Shown in pieces: positions 11,123-21,305 of a stretch of 64,000 bases of DNA. The translations under genes and the position numbers were made by a program. Each line of letters opens with the position of its first letter. The first letter of the stretch is position 1. The stretch comes from an uncultured delta proteobacterium (GTDB lineage: Bacteria; Desulfobacterota; Desulfobacteria; Desulfobacterales; JAFDCJ01), in contig CAVYNY010000018.1 of assembly GCA_963769935.1 (NCBI GenBank), positions 192,001 through 256,000 of the forward strand. Reading direction: 5' to 3'. The notes under the pieces are model-generated. The model saw nothing but the letters and a program-made list of their open reading frames with translations, searched no databases and had not been told where the DNA came from.

Positions 11123-11417
11123 ATTTTGATTTCATCGATTAGTGCATGGGAGCTCGCTCGCACTGTTGTCCCGAAAAAAGAGGTTAGAACTCACCAATGA
11201 GGTTGCCGACTGGATCGCAAAATCAGAAAGCCTGCCATTTATTCAATTTGTACCGGTAACAAATACGATTGCTGTTAAATCGGTTAATTTGCCGTTACCG
11301 CTTCACCCGAATCCGGCCGATCGTATTATCATAGCAACCGCATAATCGGTGGGTGCCTCTTTGGTTACAAGTGATAAAATATTATTGGACTATTCACCTG
11401 ATAAGACAATCTGGTAA
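11123..11417 (+). pseudogene. VapC/PIN toxin remnant
   Basis: ILISSISAWELA (frameshift) ...HPNPADRIIIATA*SVGASLVTSDK...TIW*; N-terminal LDT motif absent; in-frame TAA at 11343-11345; paralogous to 16423-16815. Confidence 0.8.
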
Positions 11418-11433
11418 GGAAAGGATAATTACC

Positions 11434-12993
11434 TTGGACATCTGGATGACGCTCAAAAAGGCAGTGGATTTTTACCCCGCCAAGAAGGCAGTCGTAGACG
11501 GAGATCAATCTTTTACCTATGCTCAAACATATGAGCGGGTGGCAGCCCTGGCGCGCTTTTTTCAGGCCCGGGGGATTGAACCCGCAGACCGCATCTCCAT
11601 TCTCGAAGTCAACTCGCACGCATATCTGGAGACCTATTATGCCGCTGCCGGAATCGGCGCAGTTCTAAACCCCCTGAATTATCGGCTGGCCTCAAGAGAA
11701 ATTGCCTATATTTTGAAAGATTCGGGATCCCGCTGGCTGGTTGCCAACGTTCAATTTGCCGCCCAGGTGCAGGGCCTGTTCGAGGAAGAAACGCCATTGG
11801 AAGGAATTGTCTGGATCGGCGGACCGACAACCATCTCCGCTCGAATTGCCGTCCACGAATATGAAGAGGCGATTGATTCCCACCACGGTCATTTTGAGCC
11901 CGTCCCGGTCCGGGAAGACAGCATCGCCCATCTTTACTACACCAGCGGCACCACCGGCCGCCCCAAGGGTGTGATGCTCACCCACAAAAACGTTTGCCTG
12001 CATGCCCTGGGAACCATTGCCGAACTGAAGCTGATGGACAGTGACATCTGGGGACATATCGCCCCCATGTTTCACCTGGCCGATGCCTGGGCCACGTTTG
12101 CCTTCACCTGGATCGGGGCACGCCACATCATGGTCGGTCAATTTGAGGCCGAAGCCGTAATGGCCACCATTGAAAAGCAGCGCATCACCTTGAGCAACCT
12201 GATCCCCACCATGCTCAATTTGATGATCAAACATCCCCGGGCCGGCCGGTTTGATTTTTCAAGCCTGCGGGTGATTCTCAGCGGCGGCGCCCCCATAGCT
12301 CCGCAAGTCGTCCGCAGTGTTATGGAATCTTTTGGCTGCGACTACATTCAAACCTACGGCATGACCGAAACCAGTCCTTATCTGACTTTCAGTATTTTAA
12401 AACAGCATCTCCTGGACCTGTCCCCGCAGGAGCAGCTCAAATACAAGTCCAAAACCGGTCGGCCCTTCATTGGGGTGGATCTGAAAGTTGTTGATGAAAA
12501 CGGCAATCCCGTTGCACCGGACGATCAGCAGGTCGGCGAAATCTGGGTGCGCGGTGATACCGTCACCCCCGGCTACTGGAATCGGCCGGCCGAAACCGAG
12601 CAGGCCTTTACCGACGGCTGGCTGCGCACCGGTGATCTGGCGGTGGTCGATACCGAAGGCTACGTCAATATCGTGGACCGCAAAAAAGATATGATCGTCA
12701 CCGGTGGTGAGAATGTGTATTCAACCGAAGTCGAAAACGTGCTGTACATGCACCCCAAAGTGCTGGAAGCCGCGGTCTTCGGGATGCCGGATGAGAAGTG
12801 GGGCGAGGCGGTGACGGCGGCGGTAGTGCTCAAGGAAAATGAAACCGCCACCGAGTTGGAAATTATCGAGTTTTGCAAAAAATACCAGGCATCATTCAAG
12901 GCCCCTAAATCCATTATCTTTCTCGCTGAACTGCCTAAAACCGGATCGGGCAAGATTACCAAGAAGGTCCTGCGGGACACCCATGACCGGTGA
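11434..12993 (+). CDS. Long-chain fatty-acid/acyl-CoA ligase
   Basis: YTSGTTGRPKG, YGMTET, GWLRTGD, GGENVY, LPKTGSGK; TTG start at 11434 after AAGGA SD (the ORF-track start overlaps the vapC remnant). Confidence 0.92.
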   Translation: MDIWMTLKKAVDFYPAKKAVVDGDQSFTYAQTYERVAALARFFQARGIEPADRISILEVNSHAYLETYYAAAGIGAVLNPLNYRLASREIAYILKDSGSRWLVANVQFAAQVQGLFEEETPLEGIVWIGGPTTISARIAVHEYEEAIDSHHGHFEPVPVREDSIAHLYYTSGTTGRPKGVMLTHKNVCLHALGTIAELKLMDSDIWGHIAPMFHLADAWATFAFTWIGARHIMVGQFEAEAVMATIEKQRITLSNLIPTMLNLMIKHPRAGRFDFSSLRVILSGGAPIAPQVVRSVMESFGCDYIQTYGMTETSPYLTFSILKQHLLDLSPQEQLKYKSKTGRPFIGVDLKVVDENGNPVAPDDQQVGEIWVRGDTVTPGYWNRPAETEQAFTDGWLRTGDLAVVDTEGYVNIVDRKKDMIVTGGENVYSTEVENVLYMHPKVLEAAVFGMPDEKWGEAVTAAVVLKENETATELEIIEFCKKYQASFKAPKSIIFLAELPKTGSGKITKKVLRDTHDR

Positions 12994-13015
12994 AAATTTT
13001 GCGGCCATAGAGGAA

Positions 13016-13100
13016 TTGGAGTGATGGCGTGATGGCGTGTTGAAAAAAAGACATTCATCCGTTAACCCATTACTCCACCACTCCGGTACGCCAATACTCC
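13016..13100. repeat. Family A palindromic element, copy 2
   Basis: TTGGAGTGATGGCGTGATGGCGTGTTGAAAAAAAGA...ACCCATTACTCCACCACTCCG...CCAATACTCC; core shared with 670-744. Confidence 0.8.
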
Positions 13101-13246
13101 GATTTTGTATTAATTGAGTATTTCAACAAAAATTTTATTTATTTTTGAACGATCCATAAATTAAATAAAAAATTATTGACAATACCACCAACAGCATTTT
13201 ATCAACATTTAAGACTGGATTTGATATTTTCGAGGAGGTCTTCACA

Positions 13247-14392
13247 ATGGATCAAAAAAAATGGGAAATCCATAATCCGGCCGGCGTCCGGCGCGTCATC
13301 GTCACCAAAAAGCTGCCGGGAACGTTATGGCTGCAGCGTCTCACTCAGGCCGGCTGTAAAGTAGAAGTATGCACCTCCACGGATGTTCTCAGCGTTGATG
13401 AAATCAAAACTGCCATGGGAGCGCAGTGTGACGGTGTTTTGGGGCAGCTGACGGAGGACTGGGGTGATGCGCTTTTTGCCGCCCTCAAGGCCGCCGGCGG
13501 CTGCGCCTACAGCAATGTTGCCGTGGGTTATAACAATGTCGATGTGGCTGCCGCCACCAAACACGGCATTCCGGTCGGAAACACCCCGGGAGTTCTAACG
13601 GAAACCACGGCCCAAATGGCGGTTACCCTCACCTTTGCCGCTGCCCGGCGTACTGGTGAAGCCGAGCGGTTTCTGCGGGCGGGCAAATATAAGGGCTGGT
13701 TGATGACGCTTTTCCTGGGAGAGCTTTTGTGGCGCAAAACCGCGGGGCTGATCGGTGCCGGCCGCATCGGCGCCACCTACGCCCGCATGATGGTCGAAGG
13801 CCACAAGATGAATCTGATCTATTACGACATTTACCCGAATAAAGACCTTGAAAATTATATTGCCGCCTACGCCGAATTTCTCGAATCCCGGGGTGAGGAA
13901 CCGGTAGCCTGCAGGCGTGCCGATACCGTCGAGGAAGTATTGCAGCAAGCCGACTGTGTCAGCGTGCACACCGTGCTGGATGAATCCACCCACCATTTGA
14001 TCAACGCCGAGCGCCTGGCTCTGATGAAAGAAAACGCCGTTTTGATAAATACCAGCCGGGGTCCCGTGGTGGATGAAGCGGCGCTGGTTGCCCACTGCCA
14101 AAAGCACCCGGATTTCCGGGCCGGTCTGGATGTATTCGAAGACGAGCCGGAAATGAAAGCGGGACTGGTCGAGCTGGAAAATGTGGTGATAGTCCCGCAC
14201 ATTGCTTCGGCGACCCGCTGGACCCGCGAAGGCATGGCCACTTTGGCCGCCAGCAATGTGGCAGGTATCCTATCGGGCTACCCGGCCTGGAACAAACCGG
14301 ATATCCTGTCTTTTCTGGAAGGCGAAGCACCCAAAGCGGCACCCAGCATCGTCAATGCCAAGGAATTGGGGATAGCGCTTTTTAGGGGTTGA
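13247..14392 (+). CDS. hprA: D-glycerate dehydrogenase / hydroxypyruvate reductase (plant HPR1-like)
   Basis: CDGVLGQLTEDWG, AVGYNNVD, NTPGVLTETTA, GAGRIG, NTSRGPVVDE, GLDVFEDEP, PHIASA. Confidence 0.88.
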   Translation: MDQKKWEIHNPAGVRRVIVTKKLPGTLWLQRLTQAGCKVEVCTSTDVLSVDEIKTAMGAQCDGVLGQLTEDWGDALFAALKAAGGCAYSNVAVGYNNVDVAAATKHGIPVGNTPGVLTETTAQMAVTLTFAAARRTGEAERFLRAGKYKGWLMTLFLGELLWRKTAGLIGAGRIGATYARMMVEGHKMNLIYYDIYPNKDLENYIAAYAEFLESRGEEPVACRRADTVEEVLQQADCVSVHTVLDESTHHLINAERLALMKENAVLINTSRGPVVDEAALVAHCQKHPDFRAGLDVFEDEPEMKAGLVELENVVIVPHIASATRWTREGMATLAASNVAGILSGYPAWNKPDILSFLEGEAPKAAPSIVNAKELGIALFRG

Positions 14393-14530
14393 GATCGTTA
14401 AGATCGTTTGGACGTTTGGATCGTATGTGTAAAGTTAGTTAAATCGTTTAATAGCAAAAATAATAGCTTACAACGCCTCCTGAAGGCTGAATTGTAAATT
14501 TAATAATCAACTATTAAACAAATTCAACTA
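14389..14530. repeat. Degenerate 9-nt periodic element (GATCGTT left arm, CAACTA-type right arm)
   Basis: GTTGAGATCGTTAAGATCGTTTGGACGTTTGGATCGT ... TCAACTATTAAACAAATTCAACTA. Confidence 0.45.
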
Positions 14531-14552
14531 ATTTTTTTCGGAGAAAAAAATT

Positions 14553-15746
14553 ATGAAAATCGCAGAACGCGTCGCTCGTTTAGGAACGGAAACAGCCTTT
14601 GCCGTCTCGGCCGAAGCCGCCGCCTTTGCGGCGCGGGGCAACAAAGTCTATCCTTTTCACCTGGGGGACCTGAACCTGAAAACTCCGGCCAATGTCCTGG
14701 CGGCCGGCATCAGGGCCATGCAGGCCGGCCGGACCAACTATTGTCCCAATGCCGGTGTTCCCCACCTGCGAGAGCTGCTGGCGGATGAGGTCAGCGCTAC
14801 ACGCAAGGTGCAGTACTCGATGGAGAACGTCGCTATCCAGCCGGGGGGAAAGCCGACCATCGGCAAATTTTTCCTGACAATGATGAATCCGGGCGATGAG
14901 GTGCTGTACCCAAACCCAGGTTACCCGATCTACGAATCTCAAATCGAATTCCACGGCGGCAAGGCCGTACCTTACACCTACATTGAAGGTAAAAACAATT
15001 TTGACATCGACACGGATATGCTCGAAAGGCAGATCACCCCGCGCACAAGGCTGATGGTGCTCAATGACCTGCAGAATCCCACCGGCGCCGAATGCTCACA
15101 GGCCGAACTTGAAAAGATTGCCGAACTGGTGCTCAAATACGATCTCTATGTCCTGTGCGACGAAGCCTATTTCGACATTCGTTACGAGGGCCGGAGCAAA
15201 TCGCTGGCCTCTTTGCCGGGTATGGCCGAACGGTGCGTTATTTTGTACACCTTCTCCAAGAAATTTGTCATGACCGGCTGGCGACTGGGTGCCGCCATCG
15301 GGCCCAAGGAGATCATCGATGTCATCATCAAGCTCAATGTGAACGAGGAATCCTGCTCCAACCATTTTGTCCAATGGGCCGCCATTGAGGGCTTGACCGG
15401 CGATCAGACCGAAACCAGGCAGGTTCTCAAGACGCTCAAAGAGCGGCGCGATTTAACGGTAGATCTGTTAAATGACATCGAGGGGATAACCTGCATTCGT
15501 CCCAATGCCACGTTCTACCTGTGGCCGAATGTGACCGGGGCCATGAAAAAGACGGGCCTGACCAACTACGATGACTTTCGCCGCACCGTGCTGCATGAAA
15601 CCGGTGTGTCCTTTTGCACCCGCCTGCATTTCGGCCGGCCGCTGAAGGGCGAAGACAATTATTACATCCGAATGGCCTATTCGGGTATCAACCCGCCGGA
15701 AATTAAGGAAGGTCTGGCCAAGTTCAAAGCGTTTATTGAAGGCTAA
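14553..15746 (+). CDS. Class I/II PLP aminotransferase (aspartate aminotransferase-like)
   Basis: NPTG, DEAY, TFSKKFVMTGWRLG (PLP lysine). Confidence 0.92.
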   Translation: MKIAERVARLGTETAFAVSAEAAAFAARGNKVYPFHLGDLNLKTPANVLAAGIRAMQAGRTNYCPNAGVPHLRELLADEVSATRKVQYSMENVAIQPGGKPTIGKFFLTMMNPGDEVLYPNPGYPIYESQIEFHGGKAVPYTYIEGKNNFDIDTDMLERQITPRTRLMVLNDLQNPTGAECSQAELEKIAELVLKYDLYVLCDEAYFDIRYEGRSKSLASLPGMAERCVILYTFSKKFVMTGWRLGAAIGPKEIIDVIIKLNVNEESCSNHFVQWAAIEGLTGDQTETRQVLKTLKERRDLTVDLLNDIEGITCIRPNATFYLWPNVTGAMKKTGLTNYDDFRRTVLHETGVSFCTRLHFGRPLKGEDNYYIRMAYSGINPPEIKEGLAKFKAFIEG

Positions 15747-15794
15747 AGCAAAGGATTCAGGTGTTCCGCCGCGGCGGCCCGCCGGCCAAACCAA

Positions 15795-16090
15795 CGGCCG
15801 GTCTGATCAAAAAAGAAACTTTAAAAAATGCGAATAACGAATGTCGAAGGAAGGTATTCTGTCTATTTTATATAAAAGACTGAGCGCAGCGAAACCACCC
15901 TTCGAAATTCTGCTGATCGATATTCGTTATTCTGCAGTTCGCTGTTTGAGATCTATCCGGCCTGTTTCCCGGTTTCATCTCACCCTCAAAGCAGGGCCGG
16001 CCTCTGCGCCTGCCGGATTCAGGCATCGTACATCTCAGATGATAGTTGGCACTGCCTGCGACGAGCTCAGCCGAGTAGGGGCCGCCCCTT
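15795..16090. repeat. Mosaic of nested short palindromic repeats
   Basis: GAATAACGAAT (15832-15842) / ATTCGTTATTC (15922-15932) perfect inverted repeat with inner TCGAAGG/CCTTCGA; further GC-rich REP-like pieces at ~15990-16090. Confidence 0.6.
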
Positions 16091-16130
16091 CCGCTTAATC
16101 TTCTTCCGATCTCCTATTCTTTCATAAAGC

Positions 16131-16171
16131 TTGACAGATAGCCTTATCCTGCTTAATATGACTATAGTCAT
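16131..16171 (+). promoter_or_regulatory. TA operon promoter with palindromic operator
   Basis: TTGACA (16131-16136), 17 nt, TAATAT (16154-16159); perfect 14-bp palindrome ATGACTATAGTCAT (16158-16171). Confidence 0.7.
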
Positions 16172-16201
16172 TTGACCATAATAATCTTGTCGGAGAAAAC
16201 T

Positions 16202-16426
16202 ATGGAATCCCTATCAGTTTCAGAATTCAAGGCCAAGTGTCTTTCAGTTTTGCAAGATGTCAGCAAACAGAAGAAACGGATCATTATAACAAAGCGAGGA
16301 AAGCCAATTGCTGAGGTCATTCCTCATGAATCTGGAGAAAAAGACTTGCCTTTAGAAGATACTGTTGTATTTATTGGAGATATTATTTCACCGGTTGCCG
16401 AAGAAGATTGGGAGGTCTTGAAGTGA
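16202..16426 (+). CDS. Phd/YefM family antitoxin
   Basis: MESLSVSEFKAKCLSVL...IITKRGKPIAEV; GGAG SD upstream. Confidence 0.9.
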   Translation: MESLSVSEFKAKCLSVLQDVSKQKKRIIITKRGKPIAEVIPHESGEKDLPLEDTVVFIGDIISPVAEEDWEVLK

Positions 16427-16815
16427 CGGCCATACTTTTAGATACCCATGTTTGGATATGGCTTTCATTAAAGAAAAAAGAATCACTGTCCGGGAGGGCA
16501 AAAAAAACTATAAACTCAGCAAATCAAAAATGGATTTCGGCCATATCCTGCTGGGAACTCGCTAAGCTGGTTGAAAAAAATCGAATCGGCTTTTCGATAC
16601 CGACCCTGATCTGGATCAGACGCTCCCTTAATCAATTCAATATTAAAGTCGCCGATCTTTCTCCGGAGATCGCTGTCGAAAGCACCGTTCTGAGACATTT
16701 TCACAAAGATCCTGCAGATCAAATCATCTCAGCCACATCCAGAATTCTGGGAATGCCGTTGGTGACATCGGATAAACAGATTTTGGATTTTCCCGAAGTT
16801 GATACAATTTGGTAG
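16423..16815 (+). CDS. vapC: VapC/PIN-domain toxin
   Basis: LLDTHVWIW, SAISCWE, HKDPADQII, LVTSD; GTGA overlap with the antitoxin. Confidence 0.9.
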   Translation: MTAILLDTHVWIWLSLKKKESLSGRAKKTINSANQKWISAISCWELAKLVEKNRIGFSIPTLIWIRRSLNQFNIKVADLSPEIAVESTVLRHFHKDPADQIISATSRILGMPLVTSDKQILDFPEVDTIW

Positions 16816-16821
16816 AAACTT

Positions 16822-18264
16822 CTACAGATTGCTGATATGAACCGGCGGCTTTCGATCCGCCCAAGGTAGGGCTTTCTCAAAAGCGCTGGCAAGCCGAATC
16901 AGCAAATCCTCTTTACCGAACCCGGCCGCAAACTGGATGCCGATGGGCAGACCGGTTGAACTTTGACACAGGGGCAGGGAAATGGCCGGAAATCCGGTGG
17001 CATTGAACAAATTGGTAAAGGCGTTAAATTGCGAAGTGCCCTGGTACCATTTTTCTAGAGGACCATCCTGATTCTGGTCGATGGTGCCGATAGGAACCGG
17101 GAGTTGAGCGATCGTCGGCGTCAGCAGCAAATCGTATTTTGCGAAAAAAGCCCCAACCTTGCGGCGGGCCATGTTCAAGGCGGTACGGGCACGGATCACA
17201 TCGGCGGCCGAAAACTGCCGTGCATCGTCATATACCTTGAGGGTCACAGGCTCCAGATGATGCCCGTCGACGGGGCGTCTCATCTTTTGGGCAAGCTGAT
17301 CGCATGAATAGCGCATCGAAACCCCCCAGAAAACCCTGAGCGCGCCAAAATAGGGTGCTAAATCAAACTGGGGTGTTGCCGCCTCCACATTATGGCCCAT
17401 GTCTTCGCAAATCTGGGCAATCTGTTTAACGCCGGCGGCTATATCCGGGTTCACCTCAACGCCGGTCCAACTTTCGGCTGCAAACGCTATGCGCAAGGTT
17501 CCGGTAGGAGCGCCGACTTCTTTAAGATACGGCTGCCGGGGCCGCATGATCACATAAGGGTCACCCGGTGCCGGTTTGCAGACGGCATCCAGCATGGCCG
17601 CAGTATCTCTAACGGTGCGGCTGACAACAAATTCCTGAGCCAGGCCGAAAAGTCTTTCATCAGCGTCGGGTCCACAGGTCACCCGGCCGCGGGAGGGCTT
17701 TAATCCGACAACACCGCAGCAGGCAGCCGGGATACGGATGGAACCGCCGCCGTCGCTGGCATGGGCTGCCGGCAGGATTCCGGCCGCCACCGCCGCCGCC
17801 GAGCCGCCGCTGGAGCCGCCGGCAATAAGTTTAAGGTCCCAGGGATTGCGGGTTGCTCCTGTCAGAACCGATTCGGTGGTTGCGGCGAAGCCGAGTTCAG
17901 GGGTGGCAGCCCGGCCCAGAATGATGGTTCCGGCTTCCTTGAAACGGATTGTCAGATAGGAATCTGTTGCAGCAACATAGCCTTTGGCCAGTCGACTCCC
18001 CATCTCCTGTCGTTTACCGGCTTCGGTTGCGCCCAAATCTTTTAAAAAGATGGGGACGCCCGAAAAAAGACTATCGGGCGCCGGCAGTTTACCCGCTTTC
18101 TCAACACGGTCTTCGTAGGTTTCAATGATTGCATTAATCTTCGGATTGATTTTGTGAACCCCCGCCAGCGCCGATTCAGCCACTTCTTGAGCGGTCACTT
18201 CTCTTTTACGGATCAATTCTGCCAGGCCCAACCCGTCATAGCCGGCATATTCGGTGAGATTCAT
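16822..18264 (-). CDS. Amidase-signature family amidase
   Basis: PIFLKDL, GGSSGGSAAAVAAG, SDGGGSIRIPA; ATG 18264 after AAAGGAG SD. Confidence 0.92.
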   Translation of the reverse strand: MNLTEYAGYDGLGLAELIRKREVTAQEVAESALAGVHKINPKINAIIETYEDRVEKAGKLPAPDSLFSGVPIFLKDLGATEAGKRQEMGSRLAKGYVAATDSYLTIRFKEAGTIILGRAATPELGFAATTESVLTGATRNPWDLKLIAGGSSGGSAAAVAAGILPAAHASDGGGSIRIPAACCGVVGLKPSRGRVTCGPDADERLFGLAQEFVVSRTVRDTAAMLDAVCKPAPGDPYVIMRPRQPYLKEVGAPTGTLRIAFAAESWTGVEVNPDIAAGVKQIAQICEDMGHNVEAATPQFDLAPYFGALRVFWGVSMRYSCDQLAQKMRRPVDGHHLEPVTLKVYDDARQFSAADVIRARTALNMARRKVGAFFAKYDLLLTPTIAQLPVPIGTIDQNQDGPLEKWYQGTSQFNAFTNLFNATGFPAISLPLCQSSTGLPIGIQFAAGFGKEDLLIRLASAFEKALPWADRKPPVHISNL

Positions 18265-18424
18265 GGCGGCAAACTCCTTTTCCGAAATGGTTTCCAAGCT
18301 CAGGGTTGAAAGTTTCCGGTTATCTTTAAATCATTCATCTTCAAAAAGGATCGCATGAGTGCCGGAAAAATCCCCTGTTTGAACTTGCTGTCAGTCGACA
18401 GACGGTTTATTCGGCAAAATGAAT

Positions 18425-19462
18425 TCAGCCCCTTTCACAACCGGAGGCAGCATCTGCTGCTTTCACCTTGAAGCAGGCCACCGCGTGGCCCGGCCGCTTC
18501 TCGAGCAGTTCCGGTCTTGCCCGACGACATTCATCGCCGACCAGGGGGCAGCGCGGATGAAAGGCGCAGCCGGTGGGGGCATTGAGCGGGCTGGGCACAT
18601 CGCCGGTCAGCAGTTGAACCTTGCGTTGCCGCTCCAGGATTGGGTCGGGGATGGGCACGGCGGAAAGCAGGGCCTGGGTGTAGGGATGAAGGGGCAGTCT
18701 GTAAAGCTCTTCTTTGGGCGAAATTTCTACAATCCGGCCCAGGTACATAACCGCAATGGGGTCGCACAGGTGCTCGACCACCGCCAGGTCATGGGCGATG
18801 AAGATCAGGGAAAGGTCATACTCCTGTTTGAGTCGCTTGAGCAAATTGATTACCTGGGCCTGAATGGACACATCCAGGGCCGAGACCGGTTCGTCGCACA
18901 CGATCAATTCCGGACGGCAGATTAAGCTTCGGGCCAGGGAGATGCGTTGGCGCTGGCCTCCGGAGAACTCGTGCGGAAAACGCGTCAGATGATCGGTCGT
19001 AAGCCCAACCCGATGCAACGTTTGCGCCACCATTTCCCGTTTCTCACGCCGGCTCAGACGCCCCATAAAATTATCGATGGGTTCCTTTAAGATGCGGTAG
19101 ATGGACATGCGCGGATCTAGCGAGCTGTAAGGATCCTGAAAGACGAACTGCATTCGCTGCCGCAGCGCCTTCATGTCGGTTAGGTGAGTTACGTCGGTTC
19201 CATCAAAGACAATCCGACCGGCCGTGGGTTCGATAAGGCGCAGCAAAGTCCGGCCGGTGGTTGTTTTGCCGCAGCCTGATTCACCGACCAATCCCAGAAT
19301 CTGCCCCCGGCCAAGTTCAAAGGAAACCCCGTCCACGGCCTTGACAACCGGTCCTTTGGAAGACAGAGAGCGTCGACCCAACGGAAAATATTTTTTGAGC
19401 CCTGCCACTGTGAGCAACGGTTGGGATGTCGTGTGGTTGTCAGGGGCATCCATATTTACCAT
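18425..19462 (-). CDS. Di/oligopeptide ABC ATPase (DppF/OppF)
   Basis: [30 protein letters not shown]-terminal Cys motif. Confidence 0.92.
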   Translation of the reverse strand: MVNMDAPDNHTTSQPLLTVAGLKKYFPLGRRSLSSKGPVVKAVDGVSFELGRGQILGLVGESGCGKTTTGRTLLRLIEPTAGRIVFDGTDVTHLTDMKALRQRMQFVFQDPYSSLDPRMSIYRILKEPIDNFMGRLSRREKREMVAQTLHRVGLTTDHLTRFPHEFSGGQRQRISLARSLICRPELIVCDEPVSALDVSIQAQVINLLKRLKQEYDLSLIFIAHDLAVVEHLCDPIAVMYLGRIVEISPKEELYRLPLHPYTQALLSAVPIPDPILERQRKVQLLTGDVPSPLNAPTGCAFHPRCPLVGDECRRARPELLEKRPGHAVACFKVKAADAASGCERG

Positions 19463-20475
19463 GGGGTATTCTCCAACCAGCAGCGCGAACGGTGGCCCGG
19501 ACTGATTTCTTTGAGCTCCGGCTCCAGCTGGCGACATTGCTCCATCACATGCTCACACCGCGTTGAAAATGCGCATCCTGCGGGCAGATCGTCCAGCCGG
19601 GGCACGATGCCTTTTATTTCTACAAGATCCTCGGTCGGACGATCCAGCCGGGGCACCGAACGCAAAAGTCCGTGGGTGTATGGGTGATGGTGGCGAATGA
19701 AGATATCGTCCACCGGTCCCTGCTCCACCACCCGGCCGGCATACATGATCACCAGCCGATCGGCCATGGAGGCCACCACGCCCAGATTATGGGTGATCAG
19801 AATAACCGACATACCGATGTCGGCCTGGAGCTGGCCGATAAGATTGAGGATCTGGGCCTGAATGGTCACATCCAGGGCCGTTGTCGGCTCGTCGGCGATA
19901 AGTATCTGCGGCCGGCAGGCCAGTGCAATGGCGATCATAGCCCGCTGGCGCATACCGCCCGAAAGCTGATGGGGATAGTTCCGGGCTCGTCTACCCGGAT
20001 CCGGGATTTCAACCCTTTTCAATTCCGCCACCGCCCGCTCAAAGGATTCCCTGCGACCCAGCCCTCGGTGAAAACGGAAGACTTCGGCAATCTGGTCGCC
20101 GACCGTGAAAGCCGGGTTGAGGCTGGTCATAGGCTCCTGAAATATCATGGAAATTTTTTCACCCCGGATACCCTCCATTTCTTTTTCGGAGAGATTAAAC
20201 AAATCGCGTCCCTCCAACAGGGCTCGACCGGAGTCGATGCTGCCCGGCGGTGTCGGGATAATGCGCATGATCGCCTTGGCGGTTACTGATTTGCCGCAGC
20301 CGCTTTCGCCTACCACACCCAAAACTTCACCCCTCTTGAGAACCAGGTCCACTCCGGCCACGGCCGGGATCACGCCCTCCAGAAGGTGAAAGGAAACCGC
20401 AAGATCGCTCACTTCCAGGATCGGGGCGTTGGTTGCATCGGGAATCATTTCAGTGGGGTCCGACATAGCCATCAT
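19456..20475 (-). CDS. Di/oligopeptide ABC ATPase (DppD/OppD)
   Basis: [27 protein letters not shown] 20475 overlaps the permease TGA. Confidence 0.92.
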   Translation of the reverse strand: MMAMSDPTEMIPDATNAPILEVSDLAVSFHLLEGVIPAVAGVDLVLKRGEVLGVVGESGCGKSVTAKAIMRIIPTPPGSIDSGRALLEGRDLFNLSEKEMEGIRGEKISMIFQEPMTSLNPAFTVGDQIAEVFRFHRGLGRRESFERAVAELKRVEIPDPGRRARNYPHQLSGGMRQRAMIAIALACRPQILIADEPTTALDVTIQAQILNLIGQLQADIGMSVILITHNLGVVASMADRLVIMYAGRVVEQGPVDDIFIRHHHPYTHGLLRSVPRLDRPTEDLVEIKGIVPRLDDLPAGCAFSTRCEHVMEQCRQLEPELKEISPGHRSRCWLENTPW

Positions 20476-21296
20476 TGTTTCAGTTTGGGATCCAGCACGT
20501 CCCGCAGTCCATCGCCCAGAGTGTTGAAGCCCAGAACGCTCAAGGTGATGGCCAGACCTGGAAAAATGGTCAGCCACGGGGCCTGGGATATAAAGTTGCG
20601 CCCATCGGACAGGATGTTGCCCCAGCTGGGAGCCGGCGGCGGCACACCCAGGCCGAGAAAACTCAGCGCCGCCTCGATGAGGATGGCGTTGGCCACGCCG
20701 ATGGTGGTGACCACCATGAGGGGGGCCATGGTATTGGGCAGAATGTGCAGAAAAATGATTTTCAGATGGCCGGATCCGGCGTTGCGGGCCGCCTCGATGT
20801 ACTCCTTCTGCCGGATGGACAGGACCGCGCCCCGGACCACGCGGCCATATGTCGGAATACCGACCAACGCCAGGGCGATGATAATGTTCTTCACCCCCGG
20901 GCCCATGACGGCCATCAAACCGATGGCCAGCAGCACACTGGGAAATGAGATCAAGGCGTCCATGATGAGTACGATGGCATAATCGATCCGGCCGCCGAAA
21001 TAGCCTCCGACCGCGCCGAGAACGATGCCAATGCTAGCGGCGAATACGACCGACAAAACGCCCACGTAGAGCGACACTCTTCCCCCGTACAAAACCCGCG
21101 ACAAGATGTCTCGGCCGAAGTGATCCGTGCCGAAGACGTGTTCGTCGGAAGGGGCCTTGATCCGGTTGGAGAGTGACAGCTTCAACGGGTCGAAGGGCGC
21201 CACAATGCTTGCGGCCACGCTGGTCATCACAACCAAAAAAACGACCACCAGACCGAGCAGCGCCAGCTTGTTCCTTAGAAATCTTTTGATCAGCAT
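20472..21296 (-). CDS. Di/oligopeptide ABC permease (DppC)
   Basis: [12 protein letters not shown] motif [16 protein letters not shown]. Confidence 0.92.
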   Translation of the reverse strand: MLIKRFLRNKLALLGLVVVFLVVMTSVAASIVAPFDPLKLSLSNRIKAPSDEHVFGTDHFGRDILSRVLYGGRVSLYVGVLSVVFAASIGIVLGAVGGYFGGRIDYAIVLIMDALISFPSVLLAIGLMAVMGPGVKNIIIALALVGIPTYGRVVRGAVLSIRQKEYIEAARNAGSGHLKIIFLHILPNTMAPLMVVTTIGVANAILIEAALSFLGLGVPPPAPSWGNILSDGRNFISQAPWLTIFPGLAITLSVLGFNTLGDGLRDVLDPKLKQ

Positions 21297-21305
21297 GTGG
21301 GCCCT

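Noticed and set aside
11343..11345. Read-through of the in-frame stop in the vapC remnant
   Set aside because: The stop is TAA, and the gene also has a frameshift and lacks its N-terminus
15841..16098. Short ORFs 15841-16098, 27700-27906 and 29930-30157
   Set aside because: They are translations of repeat mosaics with no SD or protein motifs
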